A DNA stretch of 64,000 bases from an uncultured Chloroflexia bacterium (GTDB lineage: Bacteria > Chloroflexota > Dehalococcoidia > Dehalococcoidales > UBA2162): the NCBI GenBank assembly GCA_963735055.1, contig CAVTJN010000010.1, positions 47,442-111,441 on the forward strand, in the 5' to 3' direction. Positions 52,679-63,027 of the stretch are shown here, piece after piece. Both the position numbers and the translations under genes were made by a program. Position 1 is the stretch's first letter, and the number at the start of each line of letters is the position of its first letter. A model generated the notes under the pieces. That model ran no database searches and was not told where the DNA came from. It saw nothing but the letters and a program-made list of their open reading frames with translations.

Positions 52679-53422
52679 ATGAAGCGACGACTCCCGATTA
52701 TTGCCATTGGACTGGTGCTGAGCGGCCTGCTGCTCGCCTCTTGCGCCGGTCCCGCGTCGACCACGATTCGCGTTGCCACCGATGCCACCTGGCCGCCGTT
52801 TGAGTCGGTGAATGACAAGACGAAGCAGATCGAAGGCTTTGACATCGACCTTTTCAAGGCCGTGGCCGAGAAGCAGGGGCTCAAGCTCGAGTTTGTTAAC
52901 GTGGGGTTTGACCCGTTGCTGGCCGGCATGGCGCAGGGAACCTATGACGCCGCGATCTCGTCGATCACCATCACCGACGACCGGAAGAAAGACATGTTGT
53001 TCTCCGATCCATACTATGCCGCCGGGCAGATTGTGGTGGTGCGTAAGGACAACACCACCATTACCGGGAAGGACCTCCTGACGGGAAGCGTGGGCGCCCA
53101 GATAGGTACGACCGGGGCGATGGAAGTTGAGAAGGTGAAGGCGGCAACGCTGAAGACCTACGACGATATCGGCCTGGCCTTCCAGGACCTTATGAACGGA
53201 CAGATCACCGCGGTGGTCAGCGATAACTGGCTGGCGCTCGGATATGTCGCCAAGAACCCGAACGCCCTTAAGGCGGCCGGGCCAGTGTTCACCAGCGAGA
53301 ACTACGGGATTGCCGTCGCCAAAGGCAAGACGGACCTGCTGGCCAAGATCAATGCGGGGCTTGCTGCGGTCAAGGCCGAGGGCTTGATCGAGACGCTATC
53401 CAAGCGATGGATTGAGAAGTAG
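52679..53422 (+). CDS. Polar amino-acid ABC transporter substrate-binding lipoprotein
   Basis: Lipobox LLASC, DATWPPFE, GFDIDL, ITITDDR, QIGTTG. Confidence 0.92.
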   Translation: MKRRLPIIAIGLVLSGLLLASCAGPASTTIRVATDATWPPFESVNDKTKQIEGFDIDLFKAVAEKQGLKLEFVNVGFDPLLAGMAQGTYDAAISSITITDDRKKDMLFSDPYYAAGQIVVVRKDNTTITGKDLLTGSVGAQIGTTGAMEVEKVKAATLKTYDDIGLAFQDLMNGQITAVVSDNWLALGYVAKNPNALKAAGPVFTSENYGIAVAKGKTDLLAKINAGLAAVKAEGLIETLSKRWIEK

Positions 53423-53430
53423 GTGAGTCC

Positions 53431-54303
53431 TTGCCCTCGCCAGGTTGGTTCAGGAGTCCCGGCAGGACTGTTAACAGGCTCCCCGACCCGAGTGGGGGGT
53501 CCCCGGCTGACACAGAAATAGCCCGCGTGCCAGGCGCCGAGCCGAGCTCACGGCTCGATCCCTGGTGGTGGCTGGTTGCCGTGGTCGCGGCGTTGATCAT
53601 GGCGCTGCTGGTGTTCCGCTCGGATCCATACCTGGACATCCTGCTCTTCGTGCGGGACGGGCTCGCGGTGACCGTCCTGCTCACGGTCGCCTCCATCATC
53701 TTCATCGTAATCCTCGGCCTTATCGGCGGTCTGGGGAGGATCGCCAAGAACCGTCTCGTGTACCTGGTTTCTACCCTCTACGTGGAGATCGTAAGGGGTG
53801 TCCCGCTGCTGGTGCAGCTGATATGGTGGTATTTCGCGGCGCCGGTGGTGATCCAGGCGGTGGGCCGGGCCTTGCACATTGCCGGCCTGGCCAACTACCG
53901 GTCAAATGCGATCTTCCTGGCCATCCTCGGCCTGGTGGTATGCTACGGGGCGTACATGAGCGAGATCTTCCGGGCCGGTATCCAGAGCGTGCCCAAAGGC
54001 CAAATGGAGGCGGCCCGGAGTCTGGGCATGAACTACCTGCAGTCGATGCGGCACGTTGTCCTGCCGCAGGCCATCCGGGTGGTGCTCCCGCCAGTCGGCA
54101 ACGAATTCATTATGCTGCTGAAAGACTCCTCGCTGGTCAGCGTCGTGGCCGTCGCCGATCTCACCCGCCGTGGCCGCGAATTCATGGCCACTCATTTTAA
54201 CCCGATCGAAGTCTGGACGCTGATTGCCCTGCTGTATCTCATCATGACCCTTTTCTCAGCGCGGGTGATCGCCTGGTTGGAAAAGAGAAGGTCGGCGGGC
54301 TAG
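53431..54303 (+). CDS. Polar amino-acid ABC transporter permease (start uncertain)
   Basis: [39 protein letters not shown]. Confidence 0.92.
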   Translation: MPSPGWFRSPGRTVNRLPDPSGGSPADTEIARVPGAEPSSRLDPWWWLVAVVAALIMALLVFRSDPYLDILLFVRDGLAVTVLLTVASIIFIVILGLIGGLGRIAKNRLVYLVSTLYVEIVRGVPLLVQLIWWYFAAPVVIQAVGRALHIAGLANYRSNAIFLAILGLVVCYGAYMSEIFRAGIQSVPKGQMEAARSLGMNYLQSMRHVVLPQAIRVVLPPVGNEFIMLLKDSSLVSVVAVADLTRRGREFMATHFNPIEVWTLIALLYLIMTLFSARVIAWLEKRRSAG

Positions 54304-54304
54304 T

Positions 54305-55036
54305 ATGTCGGAACCCATAATTCGTATTGACGGCGTCCATAAGTACTTCGGTCGCGTGCACGCTCTGCGTGGGGTGAGTCTGGGTGTAGAAAAAGGGGAA
54401 GTGGTGGTCGTCCTTGGTCCCTCCGGGTCGGGCAAGTCCACACTGTTGCGGTGTATCAATCATCTCGAAGTGTGTGATTCAGGGACGATTGTCGTAGACG
54501 GGATACTGCTGAGGAGCGCCCAGAACATCAACGCGGTGCGACGGGAAGTAGGTATGGTGTTCCAGTCGTTTAATCTTTTTCCGCACCTGACGGTCACCGA
54601 TAACATCACGTTGGCGCAGCGAGTGGTGCGCGACCGGGGTCGGCAAGAGGCCCGGGAAAAGGCGCTGGGGCTGCTGGCCAAGGTTGGCATATCCGACAAG
54701 GGAGAATGCTTCCCCAGCCAGCTTTCCGGTGGGCAGCAGCAGCGGGTGGCAATCGCGCGCGCCCTGGCGATGGACCCTAAGATAATGCTTTTCGACGAAC
54801 CCACCAGCGCGCTGGACCCCGAGATGATCAAGGAAGTCCTTGACGTCATGCTTGCTCTGGCCAAGGAAGGAATGACCATGGTGGTCGTTTCTCACGAGAT
54901 GGGGTTCGCCCGCGCGGCGGCCAGCAGTTGCGTGTTCATGGATGAGGGACAGATCGTGGAAAGAGGGGCTCCGGAGGTTCTTTTTTCCTCTCCATCTCAG
55001 GAGCGTACCCGCAGCTTCCTCAGCAAAGTGCTGTAG
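54305..55036 (+). CDS. Polar amino-acid ABC transporter ATP-binding protein
   Basis: [28 protein letters not shown]. Confidence 0.95.
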   Translation: MSEPIIRIDGVHKYFGRVHALRGVSLGVEKGEVVVVLGPSGSGKSTLLRCINHLEVCDSGTIVVDGILLRSAQNINAVRREVGMVFQSFNLFPHLTVTDNITLAQRVVRDRGRQEAREKALGLLAKVGISDKGECFPSQLSGGQQQRVAIARALAMDPKIMLFDEPTSALDPEMIKEVLDVMLALAKEGMTMVVVSHEMGFARAAASSCVFMDEGQIVERGAPEVLFSSPSQERTRSFLSKVL

Positions 55037-55048
55037 CCGCAGAACGAC

Positions 55049-55921
55049 ATGCCGCATCACTGGAGATCCTCCCCCAGCATCGCCCTGAGCGCCCTGGTGG
55101 GGGTGACCGCGGTGTGGGGGGCGACATTCCTTCTCGTAAAGAACGCCGTTTCCCAGATGCCGGTCATGGATTTCCTAGCGGTCCGTTTCACGGCGGCGGC
55201 TCTGGTGATGATCGCCATCCGGCCGCACTGTCTGCACAACATGACCCGCCGCGGCTTGCTTCGGGCGGTCGCACTTGGAGCGGTCCTCGGATCCGGCTAT
55301 GTGATGCAGACATACGGGTTGCTTACGGCGTCGGCGACCGTCTCGGGGTTCATCACCGGCATGTTCGTCGTGTTCACGCCGCTCGTGTCCTGGGTACTGC
55401 TACGTCACAAGGTCAGCGGCAACGCCTGGATGGCGGTGGGGCTGGCCGGAATCGGGTTGGCGCTGCTGGGGTTGCAGGGATGGCACGTCGGGATCGGCGA
55501 GATGCTGACGCTGGGATGTGCCCTGCTGTTCGCGGTGCACATCGTTGGCCTTGGTTCCTGGGCGTCTCAGCATGAGGCGTACGGTTTCGCCTTCGTTCAG
55601 ATCGCGGCAGTGGCCGCGATCTCCTTACTGGCAGCGGTCCCTCAGGGAATAACGGTGCCGCCCGAGGCGGGAGTGTGGTTGGCCATCGGCATCACGGCGG
55701 TGTTTGCGACGGCGGTGGCCTTTGTGGTGCAGACCTGGGCCCAATCGCTGGTTTCGCCGACTCATGCCGCAGTGGTCATGACCATGGAGCCGGCGTTTGC
55801 CGGCGTGTTCGGGGTTGTGGTGGGGGGCGATCTCCTGACGCTGCGCATTGTGGCCGGCGCGATCCTCATTCTGGCGGCAATATTGTTGGTTCAGACGAAG
55901 CAGTCTCCTAGATTTCCATAG
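55049..55921 (+). CDS. DMT/EamA-family transporter
   Basis: About 10 TM segments, WGATF, AVRF, MEPAFA. Confidence 0.9.
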   Translation: MPHHWRSSPSIALSALVGVTAVWGATFLLVKNAVSQMPVMDFLAVRFTAAALVMIAIRPHCLHNMTRRGLLRAVALGAVLGSGYVMQTYGLLTASATVSGFITGMFVVFTPLVSWVLLRHKVSGNAWMAVGLAGIGLALLGLQGWHVGIGEMLTLGCALLFAVHIVGLGSWASQHEAYGFAFVQIAAVAAISLLAAVPQGITVPPEAGVWLAIGITAVFATAVAFVVQTWAQSLVSPTHAAVVMTMEPAFAGVFGVVVGGDLLTLRIVAGAILILAAILLVQTKQSPRFP

Positions 55922-56121
55922 TCATTGGCGTGTTAATCTTGGAGTGGAGGGGGCCCGCGTCGGACCGGCGCCACTTGGCAAAATCGGGCTGAATCTGCTA
56001 CACTCTTGAAGTTAAATTGGGTGGAATCAGGCGTCGGACCCGTGCCCGATGAGGGAGATTGGACGGCTCTCGCGGGAGGTAGCAGACGGGAGCTTGGTGA
56101 CGCGGTCCCAGGAGGTTAGCG

Positions 56122-56853
56122 TTGACTACCGGACTGAAGATCATAAGTACCGCCAGGCGTGAGGGCAGAACTCTGCTGAGCGAAATCGAGGCAAAGGAAC
56201 TGATGAAACAGGCCGGGCTGAACACGGTCGAAACGAGGCTTGCCCGGTCGGAAGACGAGGCCGTAGCGATAAGCCGTGAACTGGGCTTTCCGGTCGTCTT
56301 GAAGGTAGCCTCGGTGGACGTGGTGCACAAGACGGACGCGGGCGGTGTCAAGTTGGGTCTGAAGACTTCGGCTCAGGTTGCCCGGGCCTACGACGATATC
56401 ATGAAGTCGGTAAGAGGTAAGAGTCCGGGGGCCAGGATCCAGGGCGTATCGGTGCAGAAGATGGCCAAGCCCGGGGTCGAGGTTATTATCGGCATGTCCA
56501 AAGACCCCCAGTTCGGACCGGTCATCATGTTCGGGTTGGGCGGGGTATGGGTGGAAGTGCTCAAGGACGTGTCTTTCCGGATAGTCCCGCTTGAACCGAG
56601 GGATGCCCGGGAGATGATCCGCGAGATCAAAGGCCGACCTTTGCTCGAAGGGTACCGGGGGCAGGAAGCAGTGGATATCGCCAACTTGGAGAAGATGATT
56701 CTGCGGGTTTCCAGTTTCGTGGAACAACACCCGGAGATAAAGGAACTCGACCTGAATCCGGTGTTCGCTTACAAGGATGGGGCAGTGGCCGTTGATGCGA
56801 GAGTAGTGCTGGAGAGTGAGTCCCAACCCGCGGAGTCGAAGGACAAAGCGTGA
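56122..56853 (+). CDS. ADP-forming acyl-CoA synthetase beta subunit (ATP-grasp)
   Basis: LSEIEAKELM, GFPVVLKV.S.DVVHKTDAGGV, DPQFGPVIMFGLGG, ELDLNP, AVDAR. Confidence 0.88.
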   Translation: MTTGLKIISTARREGRTLLSEIEAKELMKQAGLNTVETRLARSEDEAVAISRELGFPVVLKVASVDVVHKTDAGGVKLGLKTSAQVARAYDDIMKSVRGKSPGARIQGVSVQKMAKPGVEVIIGMSKDPQFGPVIMFGLGGVWVEVLKDVSFRIVPLEPRDAREMIREIKGRPLLEGYRGQEAVDIANLEKMILRVSSFVEQHPEIKELDLNPVFAYKDGAVAVDARVVLESESQPAESKDKA

Positions 56854-58400
56854 ACCTGAAGACCTTCCTCAAGACGGTCGCTGCGAATTACGGGTCGAAA
56901 CCCGCCTTGATTTCAGGGGACACGCGGCTGTCATATGCGAACCTGGACTTAGACTCAAATCGGGTCGCCCATGCGCTACGGAGACGTGGAATAGAGCGGG
57001 GCGACCGCGTCGCTTTCCTGCTGGGAAACAGCCCGGAATTCCTGGTTGCGTTCTTCGGGGTCGTCAAGATCGGGGCCGTGGCGGTTCCCCTTGATCCGAA
57101 GTACAAACTCGCCGAGCTGAAGGCGCTGTTCGCGGACTGCAGGCCGAGCCTGCTTTTCACCGAAGACCCCTGTCTGCAATCGATCCTGCCGGCGCTGGCC
57201 GAGTTCCCGTTCATCCGACATGTTATCGATGTTGGTGGTGGGAGACAACCGGTCCCCGGCTTCGCCGAGATGTCCATGGGGAGCCCCTCGGGACCGGTGG
57301 ACTTTGAGGCCGATCCGGATGACATCGCGGTTATTGCGTACACTTCGGGCGCCTCCTTCAGGCCGCGGGGCATCATGTTGACCCATCAGTCGATCTGTAC
57401 CGAGGCCGAGATCTCGGGTGAAGGGTTTGCCGAGACCGACCGGGACGTAGTCTCCGTGTTCGCCCTCCCGCTACATCACGCGGCCGGACTGACGATCGTG
57501 GGTCTAACCGCACTTTACCGGGGGAGTACCCTGCTGATGCTGCCGGGCATGTCCATTTCCGGACTCCTGGAGGCAGTCGAGCGAGATGGGATCACCCTGT
57601 TCATCGGGGTCCCCTTCATCTTCTCGCTGATGATCCGCCACGCCGAGGAAAATGGAATTAAGAATGATCTGAGCTCGCTTCGTCTGTGCGCCGGGGGCGG
57701 GTCGCCGTTGCCGGTGGAGGTCAGTCATCGCTTCAAGGAGCTTTACGGCCGTCACATTGCGCAGTTCTGGGGTTTGACGGAAATAACGGCTCACATCACA
57801 GTCCAGGCGGTCGACGGCAGCGGGATTCCGGGATCGATCGGCAAACCGTTGCGCGGTTGCGAAGTCGAGGTGGTGGGTGACAACGGGAAAGTGCTGGATC
57901 GCAATCATACCGGGGAACTCATCTGCCGGGGTCCGCTGATGAAGGGCTACTACAACAACCCGGAAGCGACGGCGGAAGTGATGAGGAATGGCTGGCTTTA
58001 CACGGGAGATATCGGCCACATCGATTCGGATGGTAACATATTCATCACCGGGCGAAAGAAAGACCTCATTATTCCCAAAGGGCAGAACATTGCGCCGCAG
58101 GATATTGAGGCGGTACTGTTGCAGCATCCCAAGGTAGCCGAGGCAGCGGTGCTAGGGGTCCCCGACGACCCCCGAGGGGAAGTCATAGTGGCGGTCATCC
58201 GGCTCAGGGATGGTGAAACGGCCACGGAATCTGAAATGAAGCGCGTTTGCCTTGATAACCTGGCCAATTTCAAGATCCCCAAGGAATTCCGTTTTGTTGA
58301 TTTCCACCTGGCGCCCGCCGGTGGTGTGGTCAACAAAGCGGCGCTGCGGCGCCGACTGGGCCTGCCGCCGGTCTTCCCTGAAGCACCTCCTCACTTCTGA
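56850..58400 (+). CDS. Class I adenylate-forming enzyme (long-chain acyl-CoA ligase-like)
   Basis: YTSG, WGLTE, MKGYYNNPEAT, WLYTGDIG, GRKKDLI; A3 and A10 motifs are atypical. Confidence 0.85.
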   Translation: MNLKTFLKTVAANYGSKPALISGDTRLSYANLDLDSNRVAHALRRRGIERGDRVAFLLGNSPEFLVAFFGVVKIGAVAVPLDPKYKLAELKALFADCRPSLLFTEDPCLQSILPALAEFPFIRHVIDVGGGRQPVPGFAEMSMGSPSGPVDFEADPDDIAVIAYTSGASFRPRGIMLTHQSICTEAEISGEGFAETDRDVVSVFALPLHHAAGLTIVGLTALYRGSTLLMLPGMSISGLLEAVERDGITLFIGVPFIFSLMIRHAEENGIKNDLSSLRLCAGGGSPLPVEVSHRFKELYGRHIAQFWGLTEITAHITVQAVDGSGIPGSIGKPLRGCEVEVVGDNGKVLDRNHTGELICRGPLMKGYYNNPEATAEVMRNGWLYTGDIGHIDSDGNIFITGRKKDLIIPKGQNIAPQDIEAVLLQHPKVAEAAVLGVPDDPRGEVIVAVIRLRDGETATESEMKRVCLDNLANFKIPKEFRFVDFHLAPAGGVVNKAALRRRLGLPPVFPEAPPHF

Positions 58401-58706
58401 CCCCGGTCCGAAGACGCCGTAAAGAAACCATCGTGTTTTATGGTGGTAGTGACCGCTTTTGCGGCAGGGGGGTCTAGCGGAAGCAGGCAAAAGCGGATAT
58501 AATCAACATTATGGAATGTCATTTCGGCGGGCAGCGCCGCCATCAGGCGGCGGACGCTGGTCCGGCGCCGTCCCCCCCTTTTGAGAGACGATAGCGTGAC
58601 CGCGCGTCGAAAATCGCTGGAGCCGTTTCCGAGTGTCCTTGCAGCGTGTTGAGCGAATGACGGCAGCATCAAGGGGCAGGGTCCCAATTTCGGAATAGGA
58701 GTACTG

Positions 58707-60206
58707 ATGGAGATCAACGTTTCCGTTGGTGATATTACCCGGCTGGAGGTGGGTGGGATTATCGTAGGCGTCTATGAGGGTCAGACGAGCCTTGATGGAG
58801 AAGCGGCGAGGATCGACGGAGCCCTGGGTGGGGCGATCTCACATCTCGTCGGGAGCGGTGAGATCAAGGGCAAACCTAATCATCTAACCCTACTCTATAC
58901 TCTAGGCAAGATGCTCCCGGCGCGCGTGGCCGTGGTGGGCTTGGGGAAAAGGGATGATTTGACGGCTGACAGGGTGAGAAGCGCGGTTGCTGAGAGCTGC
59001 CGGACTCTGCGAGGGTCGGGGGCGACCACGGTGGCGACGGTCGCGCTGGGTGTGGGGTCGGCGGCCATCGAGACGCTGTCCTCGGCGCAGGCGATTACTG
59101 AGGGGGCGATACTCGGCCTGTACTCTTTTCGAAAGCACACTACCAACGCACCGAATGGTGAAATCAAACAACTGACGATTCTGGATCGTGACACCGACAA
59201 ACTGCCGGCTCTGGCGGAGGGGGTGAGGCGGGGCAGGATCGTGGCTAATGCCGCGAGCCTGGCCCGGGACCTGGTGAACGAGCCGTCGAACTATATGACT
59301 CCGGCCAATCTGGCCGACGCGGCGACGGCCCTCGCAAGGGAGGAGGGCATTGAGATCACGGTCCTGGAACGGGAACAGGCGCGGGATCTGGGTATGGGTG
59401 CTTTTCTCGGCGTTGCCCAAGGCAGTCAACAGCCTCCGAAATTCATCGTACTGCGCTATAACGGCCGTGGGCAGGGGGAGAATGACATTGCGCTGGTGGG
59501 GAAGGGTATCACCTTCGACTCGGGCGGAATATCGATCAAACCGACAGACGGCATGGGTGACATGAAAGGCGACATGGCCGGCGGGGCTTCAGTGATGGCC
59601 GCGATCAGCGTCATCGCGCAACTCAAGACGGTCATCAACGTCATGGCCATTGTGGCGGCAACGGAGAACCTGCCCAGCGGGACCGCCTTCAAACCCGGCG
59701 ATGTCTTGAAGGCGATTGACGGGAAGACCATAGAGATAATCACGACCGACGCCGAAGGCCGGCTGACGCTGGCCGATGCTATTGGCTATGCCCGAAAGCA
59801 GGGGGCGAAAGCAATCGTCGATGTCGCGACTCTGACCGGGGGGATACGGGTGGCTCTCGGCGATGTCTGCACCGGGGTCTTTGGAAACAATCAGGACCTC
59901 ATCGACAAGGTGGTGACTGCCGGGAACGAAGCCGGCGAGCGGGCGTGGCAGATGCCAATGTATGAGGAATACAAAGAGCAGAACAAGAGTGATGTCGCCG
60001 ACCTGAAGAACAGTGGCGGCCGGAACGCCAGCTCGATTACGGCGGCGCAGTTTCTGGCCGAGTTCGCCGGTGATACACCGTGGGTGCATCTGGATATCGC
60101 CGGTACGAGCCTGACCGAGAAGGAACGTGGTTACCTGGTGAAAGGTGCCACGGCGGTGCCCACGCGCACCTTGGTCAATCTCGTTCTGGCGCTTGCACGG
60201 CCGTAG
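58707..60206 (+). CDS. pepA: Leucyl aminopeptidase (M17)
   Basis: VGKGITFDSGG, MKGDMAG, TDAEGRL.LAD, DVATLTG, WVHLDIAG. Confidence 0.95.
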   Translation: MEINVSVGDITRLEVGGIIVGVYEGQTSLDGEAARIDGALGGAISHLVGSGEIKGKPNHLTLLYTLGKMLPARVAVVGLGKRDDLTADRVRSAVAESCRTLRGSGATTVATVALGVGSAAIETLSSAQAITEGAILGLYSFRKHTTNAPNGEIKQLTILDRDTDKLPALAEGVRRGRIVANAASLARDLVNEPSNYMTPANLADAATALAREEGIEITVLEREQARDLGMGAFLGVAQGSQQPPKFIVLRYNGRGQGENDIALVGKGITFDSGGISIKPTDGMGDMKGDMAGGASVMAAISVIAQLKTVINVMAIVAATENLPSGTAFKPGDVLKAIDGKTIEIITTDAEGRLTLADAIGYARKQGAKAIVDVATLTGGIRVALGDVCTGVFGNNQDLIDKVVTAGNEAGERAWQMPMYEEYKEQNKSDVADLKNSGGRNASSITAAQFLAEFAGDTPWVHLDIAGTSLTEKERGYLVKGATAVPTRTLVNLVLALARP

Positions 60207-60289
60207 TACAATAGTTAATAGGGCGGTCTCGGCCCAACAGGGCGGTAGTGGCCTGGTTTTCATTATCGGTGGCCCTATAAGGAGTCCGT

Positions 60290-60949
60290 ATGCGAGTGAA
60301 ATGGCTCGGGCACGCTTGCTTTCTGCTGTCCTCCGATACCGGTACGAGAATCATCATCGATCCGTACACGGTTCGGGGCGGACTCAACTATGGCGAGATC
60401 GATGAGTCGGCGGACGTTGTCCTCTCGAGTCACGACCACTACGACCACAGCAACACCTCGGCGGTGAAGGGTCATCCCCGGATCGTCCGGAGCGCCGGCA
60501 CCGAAGTAGCCAGCGGGATCAAGTTCCGGGGAATTCCCGCCTATCATGACGACGTGAAAGGATCCAAGAGGGGAAACGATATCATCTTTGCTTTTGAGCT
60601 AGACGGCATGCGGGTCTGCCACCTGGGGGATCTCGGACACGAACTAGGCGATGTTGAACTAAAAGAGATCGGCAAGGTGGACGTCCTGTTCGTACCGGCG
60701 GGCGGGCTGTACACCTTCGACGTCGAGGTGGCGACCCGGGTCTGCAACAAGCTGTCGCCGCGGATAGTAATCCCCATGCACTTCAGGACCCCGAAGTTGG
60801 ACACGGCGGTGTTCGGGGCCGTCGCTGGCGTCGATGAGTTTCTCAAGGGGAAGCCGGACGTAGAGCGACGCGACTCCAGCGAAGTCGAGTTCGATGCCGG
60901 CAACTTGCCGGTATCGACACGAATCGTGGTGCTGAAGCCGGCCCTGTAG
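60290..60949 (+). CDS. MBL-fold metallo-hydrolase
   Basis: WLGHACF, IDPY, SHDHYDH, HLGDLG, IPMH. Confidence 0.9.
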   Translation: MRVKWLGHACFLLSSDTGTRIIIDPYTVRGGLNYGEIDESADVVLSSHDHYDHSNTSAVKGHPRIVRSAGTEVASGIKFRGIPAYHDDVKGSKRGNDIIFAFELDGMRVCHLGDLGHELGDVELKEIGKVDVLFVPAGGLYTFDVEVATRVCNKLSPRIVIPMHFRTPKLDTAVFGAVAGVDEFLKGKPDVERRDSSEVEFDAGNLPVSTRIVVLKPAL

Positions 60950-61006
60950 CATGCGACTGAGGTGTTCATTGCCATTTGCGAGCGATAGGATGAATGGGAG
61001 TCAGGT

Positions 61007-61738
61007 TTGAATTCCAAGGCTTCGGGTTTTGTCTTCAGGCCGCCGTCGATCGTTAGCCGGGCGCGACGAGTGCTCATCAAGCCAAGCGCGTCTTACCCCG
61101 TGCCCTATCCCGTCAGCAGCAGTCGCGAACTGCTTTCGACGATAGTCAGGGGCATACGCCAGGTGAGCGAAGCCGACATCCTTATTCTCGAGAGCACACC
61201 AGGCGGCGGGCCGGTATACCCGATATACCAGTCGCTGGCCTACGACTTTCCTCGCGTGCTGATGCTGGATGTCCGTGACTGCATATGGGTCGAAGTGGAC
61301 AATCCGCTGCCCAAGCCGTTGGCGGTGCCCACTTTCTGGGTCCCCAACGTTATCCTGTCCAGTGACTATCTGATAACGGTGGCACCGTTGAAGGTCATGC
61401 ACGGCAAAGCCAATCTGAGCATAATGAATTTGCTCAGTCTGCTGCCAACCAGCAAATACAGCGGAGAAGCGGAGGGTGGTTACGGCGCCCTATTCTCACT
61501 GGGGATTGACAAGGTCCTGGCAGACCTCTATTTTACCCTGCCGTTCGATCTCGGCATCATCGAAGGCCGGCAGAAGTTCATTGGAAATGACGATCCGGTG
61601 CATGGCAGGGTCGAAGAGTTTGGCCAGATATTCGTAGGTGAGCCCTTTGAGGTCGATGAGGAAGCATCCGAGAGCGCGGGCATCGAGACGGACTACGTAG
61701 ACTTGATCCGCGAGGCCAAGGTCGGGTTCGAGTTCTAG
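61007..61738 (+). CDS. DUF362-like protein
   Basis: RVLIKP...ILES...VPNVIL.SDYLITVAPLK...LSIMNL...DLGIIEG pattern. Confidence 0.6.
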   Translation: MNSKASGFVFRPPSIVSRARRVLIKPSASYPVPYPVSSSRELLSTIVRGIRQVSEADILILESTPGGGPVYPIYQSLAYDFPRVLMLDVRDCIWVEVDNPLPKPLAVPTFWVPNVILSSDYLITVAPLKVMHGKANLSIMNLLSLLPTSKYSGEAEGGYGALFSLGIDKVLADLYFTLPFDLGIIEGRQKFIGNDDPVHGRVEEFGQIFVGEPFEVDEEASESAGIETDYVDLIREAKVGFEF

Positions 61739-62019
61739 GACCGGGTGCTGAAACCGGCGAACCTTCCCGTGTAGCCCGACCACTCGATCTCGACCGAGTC
61801 AACCCGCGCCGCCGGCGGGCCTTGCTTCAGGAAGTCCACCATCGCTTCGAGCTGCGTCCGGTCGCCCTCGGCGATGACCTCGACCACGTTGGCATCAGGC
61901 ATATTACGAGCATACCCGGTCAAACCAGACTGTTCTGCCTGCCGGCGCGTTGACTCACGGAAGAAGACGCCCTGAACGCGTCCGTGTACCGTCGCCCGCA
62001 GGCTCGCCATTTCACTCAT
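61735..62019 (-). CDS. acyP: Acylphosphatase
   Basis: GRVQGVFFR, GLTGYARN, VEVIAEG, GPPAARV. Confidence 0.95.
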   Translation of the reverse strand: MSEMASLRATVHGRVQGVFFRESTRRQAEQSGLTGYARNMPDANVVEVIAEGDRTQLEAMVDFLKQGPPAARVDSVEIEWSGYTGRFAGFSTRS

Positions 62020-62076
62020 CGCCGGGACCGGCTGACCACGGTACTCTCGCGGCGCGCTGAGTCTCGACGCCGCAGG

Positions 62077-62235
62077 CTATCCTTCGTCGGTTGCCTCGTC
62101 CTCGTTCTTCCTGCGTTTCCGGACAACCTCCACCGGTGCGGTGGTGGGCGGGGGGGCGATAGCCGCGATGATCGGTTTCTTCATATCCTTCTTGGGCTTT
62201 TTGGTTTCCCGCTGACGGACATCACGCTTTCCCAT
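62077..62235 (-). CDS. Small charged hypothetical protein (52 aa)
   Basis: RBS GAGGTG; MGKRDVRQRETKKPKKDMKKPIIAAIAPPPTTAPVEVVRKRRKNEDEATDEG; upstream TTTACA-17-TACACT. Confidence 0.7.
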   Translation of the reverse strand: MGKRDVRQRETKKPKKDMKKPIIAAIAPPPTTAPVEVVRKRRKNEDEATDEG

Positions 62236-62297
62236 AGGGTGCCACCTCACTCAACCTCGAAATGAAGTCTCCGTTTGAAGTGTAACAAAGAGTCAAA

Positions 62298-63011
62298 TTA
62301 GTGTAAAGAGCCCCCCGAAATACCGCCGGCGTCAATCCCGTCGAGGGCGTCCCGGGCGGCCTCGGATTCGGCGGCCTTCTTGGTCTTCCCCTCCCCCCGG
62401 CCAAGGATCGACCCACCTACGTTGACTTCGACGACAAACCACGGGGCGTGGTCGGGGCCGCTCGATGCCACCAGCGAATAGAGCGGCGTAACCTGCCTGC
62501 TTGCCTGCGCCAATTCCTGAAGCCGGGACTTGTGGTCGGCGGTGATGCCCGTTTTCACCAGCCCAGCGTACTCATCCCGGAGTAGTCTGAGGGTGCAGGC
62601 ACGCGTCTCTCGCATCCCGCGGTCGAGAAAGATCGCGCCGATCACCGCCTCCATGGCTCCCGCCAGGTTGGGGACCTTGTCTCGGCCCCCGCTGCCCTCT
62701 TCGCCCTTGCCCAGGTACAAATAGTCGCCCAGCCGGATGGCCCTCGCCATGCGGGCAAGAGTATCGCGACGCACCAGGGCGGCCCTGAGGTGCGTCAGCC
62801 GTCCCTCGGAGTATGCGGGGAAATCATGGTAAAGCTGTTGGGTCACGGCAAGTCCGAGTACAGCGTCGCCGAGAAATTCCAGCCTTTCGTTCGATTCCGG
62901 TGATACGTCCGGGTTCTCATTTACATAAGAGTCATGGATGAGTGCCCGCTCGAGCAGCGAGGTGTCTTTGAACTTCACACCGAGGACTTCTTCAAGACGA
63001 GCGGTTTTCAC
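62298..63011 (-). CDS. rnc: Ribonuclease III
   Basis: NERLEFLGDAVL, EAVIGAIFLD, dsRBD KSRLQE...GPDHAP...KKAAE. Confidence 0.96.
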   Translation of the reverse strand: MKTARLEEVLGVKFKDTSLLERALIHDSYVNENPDVSPESNERLEFLGDAVLGLAVTQQLYHDFPAYSEGRLTHLRAALVRRDTLARMARAIRLGDYLYLGKGEEGSGGRDKVPNLAGAMEAVIGAIFLDRGMRETRACTLRLLRDEYAGLVKTGITADHKSRLQELAQASRQVTPLYSLVASSGPDHAPWFVVEVNVGGSILGRGEGKTKKAAESEAARDALDGIDAGGISGGSLH

Positions 63012-63027
63012 TATCGGACCTCCTGGG

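Noticed and set aside
55922-56121. Riboswitch in the leader of the acyl-CoA synthetase beta gene; GCGTCGGACC occurs twice
   Set aside because: No known aptamer consensus recognised, and a 10-mer repeat is plausible by chance at this GC content.
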